From assembly GCA_964016885.1 (NCBI GenBank), contig OZ024765.1, forward strand, positions 15,500,001 through 15,564,000: a stretch of DNA of 64,000 nucleotides, in the 5' to 3' direction. The notes beneath the pieces were generated by a model, which saw nothing but the letters and a program-made list of their open reading frames with translations, was not told the DNA's origin and did not search any database. The translations under genes and the position numbers were made by a program. Origin of the DNA: Eledone cirrhosa (lineage: Eukaryota). Below, in pieces: positions 56,414 to 64,000 of the stretch (its first letter is position 1; each line of letters begins with the position of its first letter).

Positions 56414-56552
56414 AATGTATGTATGTATGTATGTATGTATGTATGTATGTATGTATGTATGTATGTATAAGGTAAACAGAGACAACAACAAAATCGGTAC
56501 AGTATATGGAAGGGATATATTAGGTTAACACTTGAAATAGCAGGGAGAGGGA

Positions 56553-56590
56553 CTTAACGTTTCTGACGCTAGTCCTTCATCAGAAGAAAG
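56553..56590 (-). ncRNA. Minimal PLE-type hammerhead ribozyme motif
   Basis: ctt CTGATGA aggac tagc gtca GAAACGTTA ag; palindromic AACGTT stem III typical of minimal, dimer-acting PLE HHRs. Confidence 0.7.
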
Positions 56591-56879
56591 AATAAGAAAT
56601 AAGATAGATTGAAGGTACGGTCGCGGTGGACTTGCAAAAAATTGTCTTTAGATAAAAATAACAGGTCCATTCATGTTGACATCTCTTGCAAAACTGTTGA
56701 TGCTGGCGTTTTGTGTATAATATATTTATTTCGAAAAGTGGATGATGGAGCGCGTCTATCTGAAATGGAAAACAAAAAACATTTTGTATAAAGAGCTATA
56801 CTTGTGCACGTGAGTATGCATGCGTGGTCGTGTACCTGTGTGTGCTTGTAAGTACGAAGCTATGAGCTAAAATATGTTA

Positions 56880-56910
<31 letters not shown>

Positions 56911-56914
<4 letters not shown>

Positions 56915-57234
56915 CGAAGACCGAGATCCGAATATATATATACATACATATATACATATATAAAGGAACAATCGACTTTCGTCAAATCGGACCGAGGGAA
57001 CAATGTTTCCGTTGGTCTTTCCAATTGCTAATACTATCTATCGGTCGCAACTCCAGATAGAAGGAGCAACGTGAAATAAAGTGTCTTGCTCAAGGACATA
57101 ACGCATCGCCTGGTCCAGGAATCGAACTCACAACCTTACGATTGCGAATCCAATTCTCTAACCACTCAGCCACATGCCTTCACTACATATGTATATATAT
57201 ATATATATATAATTACGAAGACCCAGATCCGAGT
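56911..57234 (-). mobile_element. Composite SINE bracketed by 23-bp direct repeats
   Basis: Reverse copy of 32173-32440; attacgaagacc(c/g)agatccga at 56911 and 57212. Confidence 0.75.
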
Positions 57235-57246
57235 ATATATATATAT

Positions 57247-57481
<235 letters not shown>

Positions 57482-57869
57482 TATATATATATATTGATAG
57501 ATAGATACGTTATTATTTGAAACCTTGCGTAGATGATTAACAAGTAATTGGAAAAAAATTCTAATTTTCCTTTTATTTTTTCTTCTGTTTCTTCATATGT
57601 TTAGATGTATATTTTTCCTTTGTCATAAAAGGCTGGTTTAAAAAAACCTTTGCTATTTTCAGAAACCTTGTTTAAATTATCATTTGAATACAATGCTAAC
57701 AAAAGTTTCACATTTCCTTCGACATTTAATTCAACAACTGCAGAACTACACCCCCGATTCCATCATCGCATTTACCCTAACAACTAAACAACGATGGATA
57801 GCAATCAGTACTGTGACACTGTCATCATGTATATATGGCGTAGACATACAATACAATAGGAGGAATATA

Positions 57870-57925
57870 ATAGTACCACTGATGATGTTGCAGATGTGCA
57901 ACGAAAGAACTTTGTTAGACTATAT
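57870..57925 (+). ncRNA. HHR-like motif, possibly degenerate
   Basis: atagt..CTGATGA t gttgca gatg tgcaac GAAA gaactttgtta g actat; perfect stem II, imperfect stem III. Confidence 0.55.
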
Positions 57926-58182
57926 ATATATATATGTGTTTATCTCTATATTATATCTGTATTTTTCACCGTTCGTCAGTCAATGGTAAACATTGAGGAC
58001 CGAATGAATTAACTGTGGAGATATAAAAGATACAGAAGCGAAAACCAGCGAAACTGAGTTTGTTCTGTTATTAATTCTGGCAATATTATTACAACAATAT
58101 GACCCTCCCCATGTATAACAATATCTTTATATATAGATATATCTTTATATATAAATGTAATCTGAGATTTTCGAATATTAAT

Positions 58183-58368
58183 AACTGTTTCTACTTTTGG
58201 CACAAGGCCAGCAATTATCCCAGTGTATTACAGGTACTTTATTTTATCGACCCCGTAAGGATGAAAGGCAAAGTTGACCTCGGCGGGATTTGAACTCAGA
58301 CCATAAAGGGCCGTAACTCTTTGCTGCAAAACATACGGCCGACCCTCTATCGATACTGCCAATCCACC
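58183..58368 (-). mobile_element. Single Deu/Nin-like SINE
   Basis: Full unit from actgtttctacttttggcacaagg to gatactgccaatccacc. Confidence 0.85.
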
Positions 58369-59101
58369 TAGTTTACAATTATGCAAGCAAGCCTCAATTT
58401 TATAGCCATGTCAGTAGAATGAAATCTTCATTCTTGCTCAAGTGTTATAATAAAAAATATATATGCCTACCCGCCGTAAGCGACCGATCACACGCTTTCT
58501 CTCTGGCTGGTACACAGCTACATAGCGATCTTAGCCATTTTTGAATCTAAATTTGGCGCGGCCTGTCTGAGAAATTAAATGTCTATTTCTGAGTTTGTCT
58601 CCTGAAGATTCCTGACTCAAAGCATATCCATATTATTTGGATGTCCTAAACTAGGAAGAAACCATGGTAGAGATATAATTACGGTATCTGCGCATTTCTT
58701 CTAAGTTTAATTTTACTACTAATTACGTGCGGTTGACGGTGTATTTGATCGGATTGTGCATGCTGCCGAAGTGTTTGATAAATGGTGTTTGCTGCGGTCT
58801 GTTATTTGTCGGAGATTTCACGTCGCTCCTTCTTCCTGGAGTTGCGACGGGTAGATAGTATTATCAACTGGAATGGCCAATGGAAACATTATTCCCTCGG
58901 TCCGATTTGACGAATATCGATCGATCCTTTTATACATATATATATATATATACATATTTACATATATATGTTTACATATATATATTTACATATATATATA
59001 TTTACATATATATATATATTTACATATATATCTGTTTAGATATATATATATATATATATTTACATATATTTATATATGTATATTTACACGCACACACTCA
59101 C

Positions 59102-59152
<51 letters not shown>

Positions 59153-59782
59153 TATATATATATATATGGATATATATGTATATATATGAAATATTAAGCA
59201 AGCAGACCGAATCATGTACAAATTAATGATTCGGTTGAAACAAGTTTTCAGCCAAAATATATGTATTCAAAAATTTGATGTTGTTTTCTCTGACATATAA
59301 TGTATGTCTATACATATGTGTGTATATATATATATATCGGATTGTATTTTTTTTTTCTTGATTTATTCTTTTAATTTGAGTCTGGCAAACCTTATTGTCT
59401 ATAGTTAGTAATTTTTCACCCTAGCGAATCTGGTTCTTTACGATTTGAACACATATATGTTTATATCTGTGTTTATCCCTCTTTTATATTCAATTGTATT
59501 ACACGGCTCGGAAAAATCTCTTTCCTTGAGGTATTTAATTGTAAGAGATTATTTTGAGTTTCTAACTCAATATATACATTTGCTATATATATATATACAT
59601 GTTTAGAAGAAACAGGGGGCCGTGTGGTTACTGGATAAAGTGTATTTACAAATAAGAGGAAAGTATAAACGGGGGATATTTCCCATCATCAGTTGTCTGG
59701 AAATTGCGTAGAAATGTCCGTAATCTTCAACAGACAACTGATGATGGGAAATATACCCCGTTTGTGCTTTCCTCTTATTTCT

Positions 59783-60098
<316 letters not shown>

Positions 60099-60281
60099 AT
60101 ATATATATATATATATATATAAGTTTATCCTGGGTTCAATCGGGGGTTACCTCAGAAAGTAAGGTATCCAATACACACATAGCAGGGTATAAATATTTAA
60201 TAAAGAAATGGCTTCTACAAGACTAGAACTGTTTCGTTCGGGAGAAATCATTGGGTTTCCTCATGATTTCTCCCGAATTAA

Positions 60282-60374
<93 letters not shown>

Positions 60375-60676
60375 CATATAAGTGTCTTTGTGTGTGTTTG
60401 TATGTGTATAGGTGGCACATATCGGCACGTGGTAAGCAGTGCACATCGCCAAGAAAATGACGCGTTGAAATTCTTTGAAAAGCTAAATATAGCTGAAACC
60501 GGTCAGTAAAACGCAAACTCCTTACGCCATTCCCGTGTTTCTTTAAAATAGAATTATTATTTATTTTCTTGTAGCTACTTCATTTTCGGTAGGAACCTTC
60601 ATGTGGGTATACATTAAGTGCAGTTCCATCTCTCTATTTTTATTTCTCTCTCTCTCATTCTCTCCCGCTCTATCCC

Positions 60677-60708
<32 letters not shown>

Positions 60709-60719
60709 TACACACACAT

Positions 60720-60762
<43 letters not shown>

Positions 60763-60899
60763 TGTAAATAATTGTGGATATTTCTGTGACGCTGTTGGAG
60801 AATTATAATGGTATGTCAAGCACTAACATGAAATGATTTAACGCACGCACACACCCCCACAGGTTCAAGCCCCTCACATGCGCAAACATACGTACATAC

Positions 60900-61007
<108 letters not shown>

Positions 61008-61042
61008 GTATATATGTGTATGTATATATATATATATATAAG

Positions 61043-61080
<38 letters not shown>

Positions 61081-61088
61081 TGTATAAA

Positions 61089-61218
<130 letters not shown>

Positions 61219-61236
61219 TGTATAAATATATATATT

Positions 61237-61281
<45 letters not shown>

Positions 61282-61794
61282 GAAAATCTAAAGATATGGT
61301 TTGTTTGCCCAAGTCTTAATAAAAAATATATATATTGAAGACGCAGAAGAGAATATGTACGATTAAAATGCATCTGTCTTCTGTATAAGGTTACACTCTG
61401 TATATATAAAAAAATATTTATATATATACATAATAAATATATTTTATATATATATATACACACAGACACAGAGACACACACACACACACGTATATATATA
61501 TATATATTAAAAAAAAAATATATATATATATATATATGTGTGTGTACGTATATAGATATATGTATATATGTATGTATATATTTAAGGTATAGAAATATAT
61601 TTGTAGAAAAGAAGATAATTACGGAATATCGTGTTTGTGAAACCTTAGTTGATAAAATCACGTAGAAAAGTGTTGATTTTTATGTTAGTTGGTGTATGAG
61701 TTTTTTCAGCGGACATTGACATATAGTAATATCGTTATGGAAAGGGATTTGCGTGTGTATCTAAAGACAGATTCATATAGAGGCATACATAAAT

Positions 61795-61799
61795 GGTAT

Positions 61800-61844
<45 letters not shown>

Positions 61845-61980
61845 ATATACGTATATTTATGTATATATATATAGTTATAAATATATATTTAGACATTTAT
61901 ATATATATATATATATATATATCTGTGTGTGTATATACGTATATGTTTGTATATATATAGTTATAAATATATATATAGAC

Positions 61981-62054
<74 letters not shown>

Positions 62055-62186
62055 ATATACGTATATGTATGTATATATATAGTTATAAATATATATATAG
62101 ACATTTATATATATATATATATAGATGTGTGTGTGTATATACGTATATGTATGTATATATATAGTTATAAATATATATATATAGAC

Positions 62187-62228
<42 letters not shown>

Positions 62229-62279
62229 ATATACGTATATGTATGTATATATATAGTTATAAATATATATATAGACATT

Positions 62280-62312
<33 letters not shown>

Positions 62313-62362
62313 ATGTATATACGTATATGTATGTATATATATAGTTATATATATATATAGAC

Positions 62363-62425
<63 letters not shown>
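61795..62425. repeat. TA-derived higher-order repeat (~6 units)
   Basis: gtgtatatacgtatatgtatgtatatatatagttataaat..agacattta with variable (TA)n. Confidence 0.85.
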
Positions 62426-62432
<7 letters not shown>

Positions 62433-62732
62433 ATGTGCGTGTGTTCAAGTGTGTGTCTCTCTCGGTTCACCAACATCTTGTATGTAACAACATTACAATG
62501 AGTTGCTAGGCAAGGTGCATAAATTAAAAAAAAATATATTGTTTGTGAAATATCGTGTATAGTCTCATCACACGCGAATTAGTGGCAACTGAAGGAGTTG
62601 GAGAGGAGGGGTAGGAGATGATGACACTGAAGATGGGGAGGGATAGGAGGTGATGATAGTGAAGATGGGAAGGAGTAGGAGCTGATGATAGAGAAGAGTG
62701 AGGGTAGGAGGTTGTGATACAGAAGAGGGACT

Positions 62733-63152
62733 TTTTTCTTCTTTTTTTCATTTTCTTCTTTTTTTCATTTTCTTCTTTTTCTTCTTTTGCTTCTTTTTCT
62801 TTTTCTTCTCTTTCTCCTTTTTATCCTTCGACCCTTTCTTCTTTTTCTTTTGCTTCTTCTTTTTCTTTTTCTTCTTTTTCTTCTCTTTCTCCTTCTTCGT
62901 CTTCTTTTTCTACTTCTTCTTCTTCTTCTTCTTTGTCTTTTTCTTCTTCTTCTTCTTTTTCGTCTCTTTCTTCTTCTTCTTTTTCTTCTTCTTCTCCTTC
63001 TCCTTCTTCTTCTTCATCTTCTTCTTCTTCTTCTTCTTCTTCTTCTTCTTCTTCTTCTTCTTCTTCTTCTTCTTCTTCTTTTTCGTCTCTTTCTTCTTCT
63101 TCTTCTTCTTCTTCTTCTTCTTCTTCTTCTTCTTCTTCTTCTTCTTCTTCTT
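62733..63152. repeat. (CTT)n microsatellite
   Basis: Direct reading. Confidence 0.95.
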
Positions 63153-63224
63153 TCACAGAAATTTTATTTCAATAGGAGAAAATACATTTGATATAATGTT
63201 TGATATTGAATAGAGAGGACTGTG

Positions 63225-63950
63225 TGGTGGGTATGGTGGGGTGGTGGGGTTTTGTGTGTGTGGGTGGGTGGGGTATGCTGGCGTGATGTTGGGTATGGTG
63301 GGGTAGTTGTGGGGTGGTGTTGTGGTGTTGGCGGTAGTGCTGGGGTGGGTGGCGTTGGGGGGGTATGCTGAGGTGACGGGCTGGTGCCGGGTGTGTAGAA
63401 TATAGTAGGGGAGGGGGATGTTGGTGGTAGTAGTGGTGGTTGGTGGTGGTGGTATTAGTGGAATATCGGGTGTGTAGAGTAAGGTGGGGTGGTGTTGGTT
63501 GTGGTGGTGGTGGAGTGGTGGGATGGTGGTGGTGGTGGTGGGGATGGGGGTGGCGGGGATGGTGGGTGAGTGGTGGGGTGTTGGATCTGTAGATTATGGT
63601 GGTGTGGTGGATGTGGTGTTGGTGGTGGTATATTGGAGATGCGGTGTTGGTGGTGCTTGCTGCTGGTGGTGGTAGTCTTATATAGGGGAGGTGGTGTTGG
63701 TGGCGATGGTGATGCTGGTGATGTTAGATGGTGGTGGTGGTGGTGATGTTGGTTGTCTTCGTTGTGATAAATTGGAGTGGTGTTGTTGGTGTTGGTAGTG
63801 GTGGTGGTGGTGGTGGTGTTGGTGGTTTTGGTGGTGATAAATTGGAGTTGTGTCGTTGGTAGCGGTGGTGGTGGTGGTGGTGAGTTGATTGGTATTGTGG
63901 TGGTGTAGTTATTTGTGGTTGTGTCAGATTGGGGTTTTGTGGCGGATCCT
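63225..63950. repeat. GGT/GGGT-rich low-complexity repeat
   Basis: Direct reading. Confidence 0.8.
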
Positions 63951-63962
63951 GGGCTACGGTAT

Positions 63963-64000
<38 letters not shown>

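Noticed and set aside
62698-63213. Poly-Glu/Ser/Phe ORFs
   Set aside because: (CTT)n microsatellite

Overview
Eukaryotic, very AT-rich, repeat-dominated DNA with no recognisable intact host gene. The (TA)n-packed texture and the SINE families suggest an octopus or other cephalopod intron or intergenic region (inference). Almost all ORFs in the supplied track are microsatellite artefacts. Supported content: (i) tandem arrays of a tRNA-derived SINE, one containing a U2 snRNA 5' fragment with an inverted partial copy, and giving rise to a 97-bp satellite; (ii) a second, CORE-like tRNA SINE family; (iii) 5'-truncated Tx1/L1-clade and RTE-clade LINE fragments; (iv) a non-autonomous Helitron and a Tc1/mariner-type MITE; (v) 44-bp and 33-bp minisatellites and a nested inverted 75-bp repeat block. 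The most notable signal is dozens of short elements sitting in (TA)n tracts that carry type I hammerhead ribozyme (HHR) cores of the kind known from Penelope-like retroelement (PLE) terminal repeats. Many are fold-back palindromes centred on ribozyme stem II. Coordinates were read by eye and may be off by a few bases.
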